NCBI GenBank assembly: GCA_050251945.1
Contig: JBFWLW010000005.1
Location: forward strand, 160,001 to 224,000
Direction: 5' to 3'
DNA from: Deferribacterales bacterium
GTDB lineage: Bacteria > Chrysiogenota > Deferribacteres > Deferribacterales > Geovibrionaceae
DNA: 64,000 nucleotides
Shown: in pieces, positions 22,466 through 31,127 of the stretch
How positions within the stretch are numbered: position 1 is the first letter of the stretch
How the letters are laid out: each line of letters opens with the position of its first letter
Program-made: the position numbers and the translations under genes
Notes under the pieces: generated by a model
The model's database searches: none
Seen by the model: the letters and a program-made list of their open reading frames with translations, nothing else
Told to the model about the DNA's origin: nothing

Positions 22466-24517
22466 ATGATAGAAAAGGTAAGCAAACGCGACGGACGGTT
22501 CGTTTCGTTTGACGCGGAACGAATAGCCAACGCCATCTATAAGGCGGCGAAGGCTGTCGGCGGTACCGACAGGAATACGTCGTCTGCTCTGTCCATAAAA
22601 GTGTGCCGGAATATCACAGACAAATACGGTCAGTATGGCACAGTGTCCGTTGAAGAGATTCAGGACGAAGTGGAAAAGGTGCTGATCGAGCAGGGGCATG
22701 CGAAGACCGCGAAAGCCTACATCCTTTACAGGAAGCAGAGAGCCGAAATGCGCGATATCAAAGAGGCGTTCGGCGGGCTGGAATCCATCGTTGAGGAGTA
22801 TCTGGGCGGAAGCGACTGGCGCGTTAACGAGAACAGCAACACGACCTATGCCCTGCAGGGACTCAATAACTATATCTCGTCAAAGATTACGGCTAAATAC
22901 TGGCTGAACAAGATATACCCGCAAAACGTCCAGCAGGCGCACGTTAATGGTGAATACCACATCCACGACCTTGGTCTTTTGGCTGTGTACTGCTGCGGCT
23001 GGGACCTGAAAGACCTTCTTACACGCGGTTTCGGCGGCGTTCACGGAAAGGTGGAGAGCAAACCGCCCAAACATCTGCGTTCCGCCATGGGGCAGATAGT
23101 CAATTTCTTTTACACGCTTCAGGGCGAGGCGGCGGGTGCACAGGCTTTTTCCAACTTCGACACGCTCCTTGCCCCGTTTATAGCGTATGACAACCTGACT
23201 TATGCCGAAGTGAAACAGGCGATGCAGGAGTTCATATTCAATCTGAACGTGCCCACGCGCGTGGGATTTCAGACTCCTTTCACCAACCTGACCATGGACT
23301 TATATGTTCCGAAGGCTTTCCGCAACGAAGCGGTGGTCATAGGCGGCGTTCCTCAGGAACGCACCTACGGCGAGTTTCAGGACGAACTTTTCATGTTCAA
23401 CCGCGCCTTCATTGAGGTTATGCAGGAGGGCGACGCGAAGGGCAGGGTATTCACTTTCCCGATCCCGACTTACAACGTTGACAAGGATTTCGACTGGAGT
23501 AATCCCATTGTTACCGAGCTTATGAAGATCACCGCGAAATACGGCACTCCGTACTTTGCCAACTTCGTAAACAGTGACATGAGTCCTGACGACGCGAGAA
23601 GCATGTGCTGTCGTCTGAGACTGGACAACAGAGAGCTTCGCAAACGCGGCGGCGGTTTGTTCGGTGCTAATCCGCTGACGGGTTCCATTGGTGTCGTGAC
23701 GATAAATCTGCCCAGAATAGGCTACACGTCGGGCAATGAAGCGGAATTTTTCAGCAAACTTTCAAACCTTATGGAGCTTGCCAGAGAGGGTCTGAAGATA
23801 AAAAGAAAATCTCTGGAAAAGCTTACATCGAACGGTTTGTATCCTTACAGCAAATATTATCTGTCTGATATTTACGAACGCAACGGGGAATACTGGAAGA
23901 ATCATTTCAATACAATCGGTATAATCGGGATGAACGAATGTCTGCTGAATTTCCTCGGCGTTGGTATCCTGAACCAGCAGGGACTTGAATTCTCCGTGAA
24001 GGTTCTGAATTTCATGCGTGACAAACTCGTCGATTTTCAGGATGAGGACGACATGCTGTACAACCTTGAGGCAACACCCGCCGAAGGAACTTCCTACAGG
24101 CTGGCGAAAAAAGATTTTGCAGACTTCGGCGATATAGTGACATCAGGATCGGCAGAGAGACCCTATTACACCAACTCCACACAGCTTCCGGTGGAACAGA
24201 CCAGAGATCTTTTCAAAGCTCTGTCCCATCAGGATAAATTGCAGCCGCTCTATACCGGAGGCACTGTATTCCACGTCTTTCTCGGCGAGGCGGTGGACAG
24301 ACCTGAGACCGTTTCAAAACTGCTGGAAAACATAACGCAGAGCTATGCAATGCCCTATATAACCATAACGCCAACTTTTTCCGTATGTCCCATACATGGT
24401 TATATCAAAGGCGAGCATAAAGAATGTCCGCTTTGCGAAGAAGAAAAAAAACATGAGATAAGTCTTCAGATTGAAAGACTTAAGAACCAAATAGAACAGG
24501 AGGTATCTAATGGATAA
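22466..24517 (+). CDS. nrdD: Anaerobic (class III) ribonucleoside-triphosphate reductase, large subunit lacking the glycyl-radical loop
   Basis: GAGGAGG RBS; ATP cone, HIHDL, YCCGW, SMCCRL, NLEATPAEG, CPIHG..CPLC; no RVVGY motif. Confidence 0.93.
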   Translation: MIEKVSKRDGRFVSFDAERIANAIYKAAKAVGGTDRNTSSALSIKVCRNITDKYGQYGTVSVEEIQDEVEKVLIEQGHAKTAKAYILYRKQRAEMRDIKEAFGGLESIVEEYLGGSDWRVNENSNTTYALQGLNNYISSKITAKYWLNKIYPQNVQQAHVNGEYHIHDLGLLAVYCCGWDLKDLLTRGFGGVHGKVESKPPKHLRSAMGQIVNFFYTLQGEAAGAQAFSNFDTLLAPFIAYDNLTYAEVKQAMQEFIFNLNVPTRVGFQTPFTNLTMDLYVPKAFRNEAVVIGGVPQERTYGEFQDELFMFNRAFIEVMQEGDAKGRVFTFPIPTYNVDKDFDWSNPIVTELMKITAKYGTPYFANFVNSDMSPDDARSMCCRLRLDNRELRKRGGGLFGANPLTGSIGVVTINLPRIGYTSGNEAEFFSKLSNLMELAREGLKIKRKSLEKLTSNGLYPYSKYYLSDIYERNGEYWKNHFNTIGIIGMNECLLNFLGVGILNQQGLEFSVKVLNFMRDKLVDFQDEDDMLYNLEATPAEGTSYRLAKKDFADFGDIVTSGSAERPYYTNSTQLPVEQTRDLFKALSHQDKLQPLYTGGTVFHVFLGEAVDRPETVSKLLENITQSYAMPYITITPTFSVCPIHGYIKGEHKECPLCEEEKKHEISLQIERLKNQIEQEVSNG

Positions 24518-24677
24518 GAAAGAAGAACTGCAAAAACTGGAAACTGAGCTGGACAGCGTGAAGGGTACGCCCTGTGACGTTTACAGCCGCGTGGTAGGTT
24601 ACCACAGCCCCGTTAAACAATGGAACGAGGGCAAGAAAGAGGAATTTGAACACAGAGAGACCTTTCAGGTTAAATAA
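24510..24677 (+). CDS. Stand-alone NrdD glycyl-radical domain (55 aa)
   Basis: AGGAGG RBS; MDKKEELQKLETELDSVKGTPCDVYSRVVGYHSPVKQWNEGKKEEFEHRETFQVK*; stop overlaps nrdG ATG (TAATG). Confidence 0.9.
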   Translation: MDKKEELQKLETELDSVKGTPCDVYSRVVGYHSPVKQWNEGKKEEFEHRETFQVK

Positions 24678-25354
24678 TGACAGAATATGACTTTTTTCTT
24701 GCAGATTATCAGCATGTGAGCCTGGTGGAATACCCGGGAAAAATCTCATCCATAGCTTTCACCCACGGGTGCAACATAAGATGCAGATATTGCCACAATC
24801 CTTCCCTTGCTGTCGGCAGAAAGGGGTCAAATAAGCTGGCTGATTTTCTTAACTACCTGAATGGTAAGGATATCGAGGCCGTCGCCGTAACAGGCGGCGA
24901 GCCTCTTTTTTCAAAAAATCTGCATCTGTTTCTTGAAGACCTTAAATTAAGAGGGCTTGCGGTGAAGCTGGACACCAACGGGTTTCTGCCTGTCAAATTG
25001 GCAAAAATACTTGACGCAGGACTCGCGGATTACGTCGCAGTTGATCTGAAATCTTTTTCACCGGAAGACCTTAAGAGTATCGTAAGGACACCGCACAAAC
25101 AGGATTCTTTCTATAAGACAGTTGAGGCGCTTAAGATATTCGGAGTACCCTTCGAGGTGCGGCATACCATGTGGAAGATGCCCCTTGAGGCTGATGTCGC
25201 CGCTGTCGCTGAATATATCGGCGATGCGCCTTTTTATGTTCAGACGCTTCGGGATACGCGTATGCTGGATAAGTCTTTCAAACCGGAGATTTTTGACCGA
25301 AGCGGTGCAGTAAAGCTCATTGAAAAATATGTTAAGAACGTCAGAGTACGTTAA
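24677..25354 (+). CDS. nrdG: Anaerobic RNR activating radical-SAM enzyme
   Basis: SLVEYPG, GCNIRCRYCHN, TGGEP, KLDTNG, VDLK. Confidence 0.92.
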   Translation: MTEYDFFLADYQHVSLVEYPGKISSIAFTHGCNIRCRYCHNPSLAVGRKGSNKLADFLNYLNGKDIEAVAVTGGEPLFSKNLHLFLEDLKLRGLAVKLDTNGFLPVKLAKILDAGLADYVAVDLKSFSPEDLKSIVRTPHKQDSFYKTVEALKIFGVPFEVRHTMWKMPLEADVAAVAEYIGDAPFYVQTLRDTRMLDKSFKPEIFDRSGAVKLIEKYVKNVRVR

Positions 25355-25393
25355 GCCTGCTTTCTACTCATCTTCGGTGCATTTCTCTCTTCC

Positions 25394-25617
25394 GTCTTTG
25401 CGAGGGCAAAGCCCGAAGCAATCTGAATCTTATGATACCATTCAACGCTGTATGATTATTGAAGATGGCAGATCGCGTCGTCATGTTATTCCTCGCGAAG
25501 ACAGAAAACATGCGGCTCTGAGCTGAATTGAATCACCAACATCTAAACATAAAGTTTTTAAGACGAGCTTTCTTTTCTCACGTCTCAGCGAGCCGATGTA
25601 ACCGGCGCGGCAGTCTC
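25394..25617. repeat. Cluster of three REP units between convergent nrdG and dgt
   Basis: Units at 25394-25425 (+), 25469-25502 (-), 25582-25617 (+). Confidence 0.8.
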
Positions 25618-25624
25618 ATATTCA

Positions 25625-26899
25625 TTAAATTCCGGCTATCTGCTGTGCTGTTTCCGTTGCGTAATTGTCTGTCATACCTGAAATATAATCGGTCACTCTG
25701 TGCAGAGCCTCAAAAACGGTTTCGTCTTTTACGGGCGCGTGGTCGCCCATTATCTTTATGATATGCTGTGTTTTGTCGCTTGACTCAATTTTTGTAATGT
25801 GGTCGTATGCCGCCTCACAGAAGGTTTCCAGAAGTATCCCAAGGATATTATACGCTCCGACCTCAAGTACCAGCTTGCGCCTGTTATTGTAGATAAGCTC
25901 ACTGCTGATTTTTTTTATTCCGGATACCTCTTCGCTGAAAGCCGACTTTTCAAGAAGGTTGTGTTTATACGGGAGAGAGCCGTCTATTATTGCATCTTCG
26001 TTTTTGATAAATTCGCTGACAACGGCGTTGACACAGTTATTTATTGCGATAGCCCTGAGATATGCGATTATTTCTTTGTCCGTTTTGCCTGAAAGTTTGT
26101 CGTCCGTTTTTTTGCATATGCTGTTGAGCAGTTCCTTTACTTCCGCAAACCGCAGAATGCCCATTTCGTATGCGTCTTCAAGGTCGATTATGCTGTAACA
26201 GATGTCGTCAGCCGCTTCGGAAAGATAGGCAAGGGGGTGGCGGCAGTAAATGCCGTCTGTGCCGTTCAGCCCTGTTTTTGCGGCGATATCGTCCAGTATC
26301 TCCCTTTCGCTGCTGAAACAGCAGAATTTTTTGATGTTTTCCTGATATATCCACGGGTATTTCATCATAGCGGTTATGACGGCGTATGTAGGACGCAGTC
26401 CTCCGCTGTCTCTGTACATTGCTGTCCGCGTCATGATTCTGAATGCCTGAGCATTGCCCTCGAAATGTGTGAAATCATTTATTTGGGATTCGGATAAGGA
26501 ATCGAAATATTTGCTGCCGCGTTCTTCAAACCATTTTCCGATGATGGTTTCGCCCATATGACCGAAGGGCGGGTTGCCTATGTCGTGTGCCAGACATGCC
26601 GCCTGAACTATCTGTCCGACGCGGTCTGATGTCATGTGCGGCGGAAGGTCTTTTATCTGCGCGCCGACAAGGGTGCCGAGGCTTCTGCCAACGCATGAAA
26701 CTTCGAGGCTGTGGGGGAGGCGGGAGTGTACGTTGTCGTTGCTGCGCATGGGGTGAACCTGTGTTTTGCGATCCAGTCTGCGGAAGGAGTCGGAGAAGAT
26801 TATCCGGTCGAAATCTACGCTGAAAGGATTTCGCGCGTCGTCGAACTCCCTTTCGTTTTCGTTCAGTCTGTTATAGTTAAGCAGCTTGTTCCACTGCAT
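25625..26899 (-). CDS. dgt: dGTP triphosphohydrolase (HD family)
   Basis: FRRLDRKTQV, HSLEV, AHDIGNPPFGH, FEGNAQ, ADDICY, DYISGMTD. Confidence 0.93.
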   Translation of the reverse strand: MQWNKLLNYNRLNENEREFDDARNPFSVDFDRIIFSDSFRRLDRKTQVHPMRSNDNVHSRLPHSLEVSCVGRSLGTLVGAQIKDLPPHMTSDRVGQIVQAACLAHDIGNPPFGHMGETIIGKWFEERGSKYFDSLSESQINDFTHFEGNAQAFRIMTRTAMYRDSGGLRPTYAVITAMMKYPWIYQENIKKFCCFSSEREILDDIAAKTGLNGTDGIYCRHPLAYLSEAADDICYSIIDLEDAYEMGILRFAEVKELLNSICKKTDDKLSGKTDKEIIAYLRAIAINNCVNAVVSEFIKNEDAIIDGSLPYKHNLLEKSAFSEEVSGIKKISSELIYNNRRKLVLEVGAYNILGILLETFCEAAYDHITKIESSDKTQHIIKIMGDHAPVKDETVFEALHRVTDYISGMTDNYATETAQQIAGI

Positions 26900-26902
26900 C
26901 TG

Positions 26903-28300
26903 TTATCCTGCTATAGCTTTAAACTCGGCATCGTTGGCAAAGCTTTCAAAGTCTTTATCAGTGCGGGCTTTTTTTGCGTAGTCAGGTGAAAGTTCGATAG
27001 CTTTTTTCAGGTTTTTCAGCGCGCCTTCGCGTTTGCCCAGAATTGCATACAGACAGGCGGCATTGTACATGGATTCGTGTTTGTCGGGTTTTGCCGCGAT
27101 GGCTTTTTCAAACGCCGCAAGTGCCTCTTCCTGTTTGTTCAGCCTGCCCAGAGCCAAGCCGAGGTTATGGAGCGCCTCGTGGAAATCCGGTTTAAGGTCT
27201 GCCGCTTTCTGAAAAGCTTCCGCCGCTTTTTCCGTTTCGCCCGAAACAATGTAGGCGTGAGCCAGATTGTTCCATACAGCCGCATCGTCCGGTTTTATAG
27301 ATGCCGCTTTTTCAAGTGCAGATGCCGCTTCTGAGTATCTTCTCAGTTTAAGGCATGTGCTGCCGTATGTTGACTGGAAAGTATCGTTTTCCGGTTCTAT
27401 CATGCAGGCTTTCGCCAGATTTTCGGCAGCTAAGTCATATTTTTTATTCAGATAGGCTATGTAGCCTGTCATATACCATGCGGCGGCGAAATCGGAGTCG
27501 TCCTTTCTGATATGCTCGAAAAGGGTGTTCGCCTCTGTGTAATTCTTTTCATTAAGTCTTTCGACACCGAGAAGATAAAGTTCTTCCGGAGAGAGTTTGC
27601 TTCCAGCTTTATCCAGAAACAGTATTTCGTCTGTTATTTCGGACAGGACGTTCTTCTGTACGCTGGTCAGTCTGACTGCTTTGTCTGCGTCGAACAGATA
27701 GCGGTTTTCGCCTATTTTAACGGCAAGTTTCGCGGCTACAGCGCCGACAGCAGTCAGTATGGGGTTTTCCGCGTCGTCCACGGAGGTCTGAACAGGTTTA
27801 AAACCCGATATCATCAGGCTCTGCGCTACGAATTTTTTTATGCTCACATAGCCCATTATCATTATTACAGTGAATAGTACGAAGACCGCGAGAAGTCCGA
27901 TAAGTACCTGATAGAATTCGTTTCTGTACCACTGCTCTTTTTTGTTGACCGCGGCGAGAACAAGCGTTACGTCGTTCTCAAGCTGTTTGCTGAGCTGGTC
28001 TATACGCGCGATAACCTCTTTGTTGTTTGAAGAGCGCGCTATTATTGAAAGTTTTTTACCTATTGATTTTTCAAGTGCGACAACGCTTGTGTAGACGTCT
28101 GTATTCGCCATGTCAGGTTCTTCCGGCACAAGGTTTACGCCGGAATCTGGCATCTGAAACGCTGGTGTTTCAGGTTGTGCCGCTTTGTTGAGCTGAACAG
28201 GCAGTTCCGTGGGCTTTTTGCCGGTATAAAAATTGACTGAATACGAAACGGCAAGAGCCACTGTAAGTATGATAAGAATTAAAGTGAATATGTTTCTCAT
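26903..28300 (-). CDS. Membrane-anchored TPR protein
   Basis: N-terminal hydrophobic segment, internal TM segment, multiple TPRs, YNAAC..DKDF end. Confidence 0.8.
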   Translation of the reverse strand: MRNIFTLILIILTVALAVSYSVNFYTGKKPTELPVQLNKAAQPETPAFQMPDSGVNLVPEEPDMANTDVYTSVVALEKSIGKKLSIIARSSNNKEVIARIDQLSKQLENDVTLVLAAVNKKEQWYRNEFYQVLIGLLAVFVLFTVIMIMGYVSIKKFVAQSLMISGFKPVQTSVDDAENPILTAVGAVAAKLAVKIGENRYLFDADKAVRLTSVQKNVLSEITDEILFLDKAGSKLSPEELYLLGVERLNEKNYTEANTLFEHIRKDDSDFAAAWYMTGYIAYLNKKYDLAAENLAKACMIEPENDTFQSTYGSTCLKLRRYSEAASALEKAASIKPDDAAVWNNLAHAYIVSGETEKAAEAFQKAADLKPDFHEALHNLGLALGRLNKQEEALAAFEKAIAAKPDKHESMYNAACLYAILGKREGALKNLKKAIELSPDYAKKARTDKDFESFANDAEFKAIAG

Positions 28301-28405
28301 GGATGAATTTTAGCATCGGATTAAGTGTAGGTCTACAAAAATCTGCTGGGTTCGGTTCTATTCTAATTTATTGACAACTGTGTATAAATGATGTAATTAG
28401 GTTTC

Positions 28406-28597
28406 ATGGAACTTCTTGAAAAACTGGATGTTTTAAGTAGTAAGATAGACAGTCTGGTGTCCGAGCTTAAAAGAGAAAAGGACAGATGTTCCCTCTTTGA
28501 GTCCGAGAATATCCGCCTGAAAGAGGAAAATCGTCAGCTTTCGGAACAGAAAGACGCCGTTCGCGAGCGTATAGAAAATCTGATCGGCAGACTATAA
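28406..28597 (+). CDS. zapB: Cell division coiled-coil protein ZapB-like
   Basis: 63-aa coiled coil ending VRERIENLIGRL, directly upstream of zapA. Confidence 0.7.
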   Translation: MELLEKLDVLSSKIDSLVSELKREKDRCSLFESENIRLKEENRQLSEQKDAVRERIENLIGRL

Positions 28598-28616
28598 AAG
28601 CAATAGAGGTGCAAAA

Positions 28617-28880
28617 GTGCCTGTCTATGAACATAAGGTCAATATAAACGGTTTGCAGTACCCGCTGGTAACAGACAGAGACAAAGACTTTGTGGACAAA
28701 GCTACCGATCTTTTGCAGAACCGTATGAACGAGATAAAGAATAAGGTCAACGTGCTTGACACCCAAAAGCTCGCCGTTATGGCGGCGCTTACTCTGTCTG
28801 CGCAATACCTTGACCTGAAAGAAGCGGCTGATGCCGCGGACGTTGTCCTTGATGATCTTTTGAGAAAGGCTGACGTCTGA
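28617..28880 (+). CDS. zapA: Cell division protein ZapA
   Basis: VNINGLQYPL..LAVMAALTL; GAGG RBS with GTG start; zapB-zapA-6S synteny. Confidence 0.85.
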   Translation: MPVYEHKVNINGLQYPLVTDRDKDFVDKATDLLQNRMNEIKNKVNVLDTQKLAVMAALTLSAQYLDLKEAADAADVVLDDLLRKADV

Positions 28881-28963
28881 AAATATAAAAGGCACAGGAT
28901 GTGCCTCGCGGATTCAGATTTTTGTGATTTATTGCAAAAATCTGAAATAGCGTGAGCAAAGAC

Positions 28964-29042
28964 GAGGCTTTGCCTGTCTCTGCGTTCCTCGAGAAGACAA
29001 AACATGTCTCTGCGAGGAAGCTGATGCTGACGAAGCAGTCTC
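28964..29042. repeat. Inverted REP pair upstream of 6S RNA
   Basis: ..TTCCTCGAGAAGAC (ends 28998) and GTCTCTGCGAGGAAGCTGATGCTGACGAAGCAGTCTC (29006-29042). Confidence 0.75.
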
Positions 29043-29061
29043 ATTGAATTAAAAATCTAAG

Positions 29062-29240
29062 GATGCCCCTGCTGTGTTCGTGTATCATATGAAAATTGGA
29101 GCCAATACTCCAGAAAAGGGGGATGATACTGATTGCGGTGTGCAAGCCCGCCATGAGCAGGAAGCCTGATGCGTCGTGATTCCTCCGCCCTGATGAACAG
29201 GGCTACAATTGGATTATGTTAACGGCATGAGCGGGGGCTT
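29062..29240 (+). ncRNA. ssrS: 6S RNA
   Basis: ~180-nt rod closed by GCCCCTGCTGTGTTCG / CGGCATGAGCGGGGGC; canonical position downstream of zapA and near ygfA. Confidence 0.8.
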
Positions 29241-29295
29241 TTATACCTTTTTTGTCATAAAGTTTTAAACATATCATTGCTCTATTCTGATGATG

Positions 29296-29332
29296 TGCTA
29301 ATATAATAATCAAAGACACATGAATGTGTCTT
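29296..29332 (+). promoter_or_regulatory. Extended -10 promoter plus palindromic operator candidate
   Basis: TGcTAATAT(AAT) then AAGACACAT-GA-ATGTGTCTT (29313-29332). Confidence 0.5.
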
Positions 29333-29374
29333 GTGAGGAAAGTTTTTTACCGCCCGTTAGGGGTTTATACATAA

Positions 29375-30607
29375 ATGAGAATACTGGAAGAGTTAAGACC
29401 AAAGGTCTTTGACGATATAGCCGGACAGGATCATCTGTTGGGTGCAGATTCCGTATTTCGTAAGATGGCAGAAGACGGCGGGTTCGACTCGATAATCCTT
29501 ATCGGTCCACCCGGGACAGGAAAGACCACCTTGGCAGAAATAATCGGAAACCATTTACAGATGCCTTTTGTCAGTCTCCACGCGGCCACGGCGGGCGCGG
29601 CGGAAATCAAGCAGGTTATGGAGTCTGCGGGCACCAGAGGCAAGACGCTGGTTTTTCTGGATGAACTGCACAGGTTCAACAAAAGTCAGCAGGTTCTTCT
29701 TTTGGGTCTGATAGATTCCGGACACGCAAAGCTGATCGGAGCTTCCACAGAAAACCCCTATCACAATTTAATACACCCTCTGCGTTCGCGCAGTTTTGTC
29801 TTTGAACTTCAAAGGCTTGACCGCAATGCATTTGCGCAGATGTTCGCAAGGGCGTACGAGTATTTTAAAAAGCGGTATAACGCTGTTGATGTCATTCTGT
29901 CTGACGTGGACCTTGACAGGCTCATTCAGGCATCTGACGGTGACGGACGGCGTTTTTACAGTCTTCTGGAGCTGTCCGCAGTGGGCGGAAAGTTTGTCGG
30001 TGACGTTCTGCATCTCAATGTAAAAGAGGCTGCACAGCACACCGCATCCGGAAGGTATAACACCGACGAGCATTACAATATGCTTTCGGCGATGATTAAA
30101 AGCATAAGGGGAACAGACCCCGATTCCGCGCTTTTGTGGGCATTTTCGCTCCTTAAAAGCGGCATGGAGCCGGAGGCGATTTTCCGCAGACTGCTTATAA
30201 GCGCATCGGAGGACGTAGGCAGTGCCTTTCCCGATGCCGTGACGTTTGCGCACGCAGGCTATGAAAACTTCATGGCGGTGGGCAGACCCGAAGGGGATAT
30301 CATCCTCGCCCATGTTGTGACATTCCTTGCCGGATGCCCCAAGAGCAACCGGAGCTATATGTCCATGCACATGGTGAAAGAGTATCTTGAAGAGAACACG
30401 CCGGCGGTGCCGGAACCTTTACGGACGAACGGGCAGGGGTATGTTTATCCGTTCGATCGCGGCGGGTTCGTTAAACAGGAATACGGAGCAACGGAAAAGG
30501 TCTTTTATGACCCTTCCGACGCGGGATTTGAAAGCAAAATAGCCGAAAGGCTGAGAAAACTTCATGCGGGTGTCAAGGAATATGGAAAAGGCAAAGGTCA
30601 GAAGTGA
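29375..30607 (+). CDS. rarA: Replication-associated recombination protein RarA/MgsA
   Basis: LRPK..GQDHL, GPPGTGKTT, DELHRFNKSQQ, SAMIKSIRGTD, SEDVG, PKSN. Confidence 0.92.
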   Translation: MRILEELRPKVFDDIAGQDHLLGADSVFRKMAEDGGFDSIILIGPPGTGKTTLAEIIGNHLQMPFVSLHAATAGAAEIKQVMESAGTRGKTLVFLDELHRFNKSQQVLLLGLIDSGHAKLIGASTENPYHNLIHPLRSRSFVFELQRLDRNAFAQMFARAYEYFKKRYNAVDVILSDVDLDRLIQASDGDGRRFYSLLELSAVGGKFVGDVLHLNVKEAAQHTASGRYNTDEHYNMLSAMIKSIRGTDPDSALLWAFSLLKSGMEPEAIFRRLLISASEDVGSAFPDAVTFAHAGYENFMAVGRPEGDIILAHVVTFLAGCPKSNRSYMSMHMVKEYLEENTPAVPEPLRTNGQGYVYPFDRGGFVKQEYGATEKVFYDPSDAGFESKIAERLRKLHAGVKEYGKGKGQK

Positions 30608-31127
30608 GGCACTTGCCCGACGGAAAAACCTTGATCCGGCATATGCAGAGAGAGCTTCCAGAAGCATAACGGAGCGCTTTCTTACCATGTTTCAGGCGTT
30701 TGACAGTTTTTTGCTGTATGTCAGCTTCAAAGGCGAAGTTGACACGGCGGAACTTATAAATGCCTTATACGGAATGAAAAAGGCGGTTTATCTGCCCTGC
30801 GTGCGCGGGGACGGTATAGAGCTTGGGCTTTATAAAGGTGAAAACAGCCTTATCTGCGGTGCATACGGAATCTGTGAGCCTGCCGAATGTACCGATTACG
30901 AATCCATAGACGTTGCCGCGGTACCGGGCGTTGCCTTTGATAAAAGGCTTATCCGGGTTGGCTGGGGCAAAGGTTATTATGACAGGCTCCTTGCGGCGGG
31001 CAGAATACGCAAAGCCGTGGGTCTGGCTTTCCGGTGTCAGCTTTTTGACACCATCGAAGCAGAACCGCACGACATACCATGCGACATGCTCGTCACCGAA
31101 ACTGACATATACAGGAGGAACAGCTAA
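30582..31127 (+). CDS. ygfA: 5-formyltetrahydrofolate cyclo-ligase
   Basis: EVDT, VPGVAFD..RVGWGKGYYDR, EPHDIPCD. Confidence 0.92.
   Translation: MEKAKVRSEALARRKNLDPAYAERASRSITERFLTMFQAFDSFLLYVSFKGEVDTAELINALYGMKKAVYLPCVRGDGIELGLYKGENSLICGAYGICEPAECTDYESIDVAAVPGVAFDKRLIRVGWGKGYYDRLLAAGRIRKAVGLAFRCQLFDTIEAEPHDIPCDMLVTETDIYRRNS

Noticed and set aside
24480..24520. nrdD as a frameshifted pseudogene
   Set aside because: The downstream part has its own strong RBS and ATG, extra helical tails on both sides and translational coupling to nrdG; reported as a split gene
25625..28300. dGTPase + TPR pair as an anti-phage defence system
   Set aside because: Embedded in housekeeping context with no mobile or defence neighbours; cannot be distinguished from housekeeping Dgt without a phylogeny
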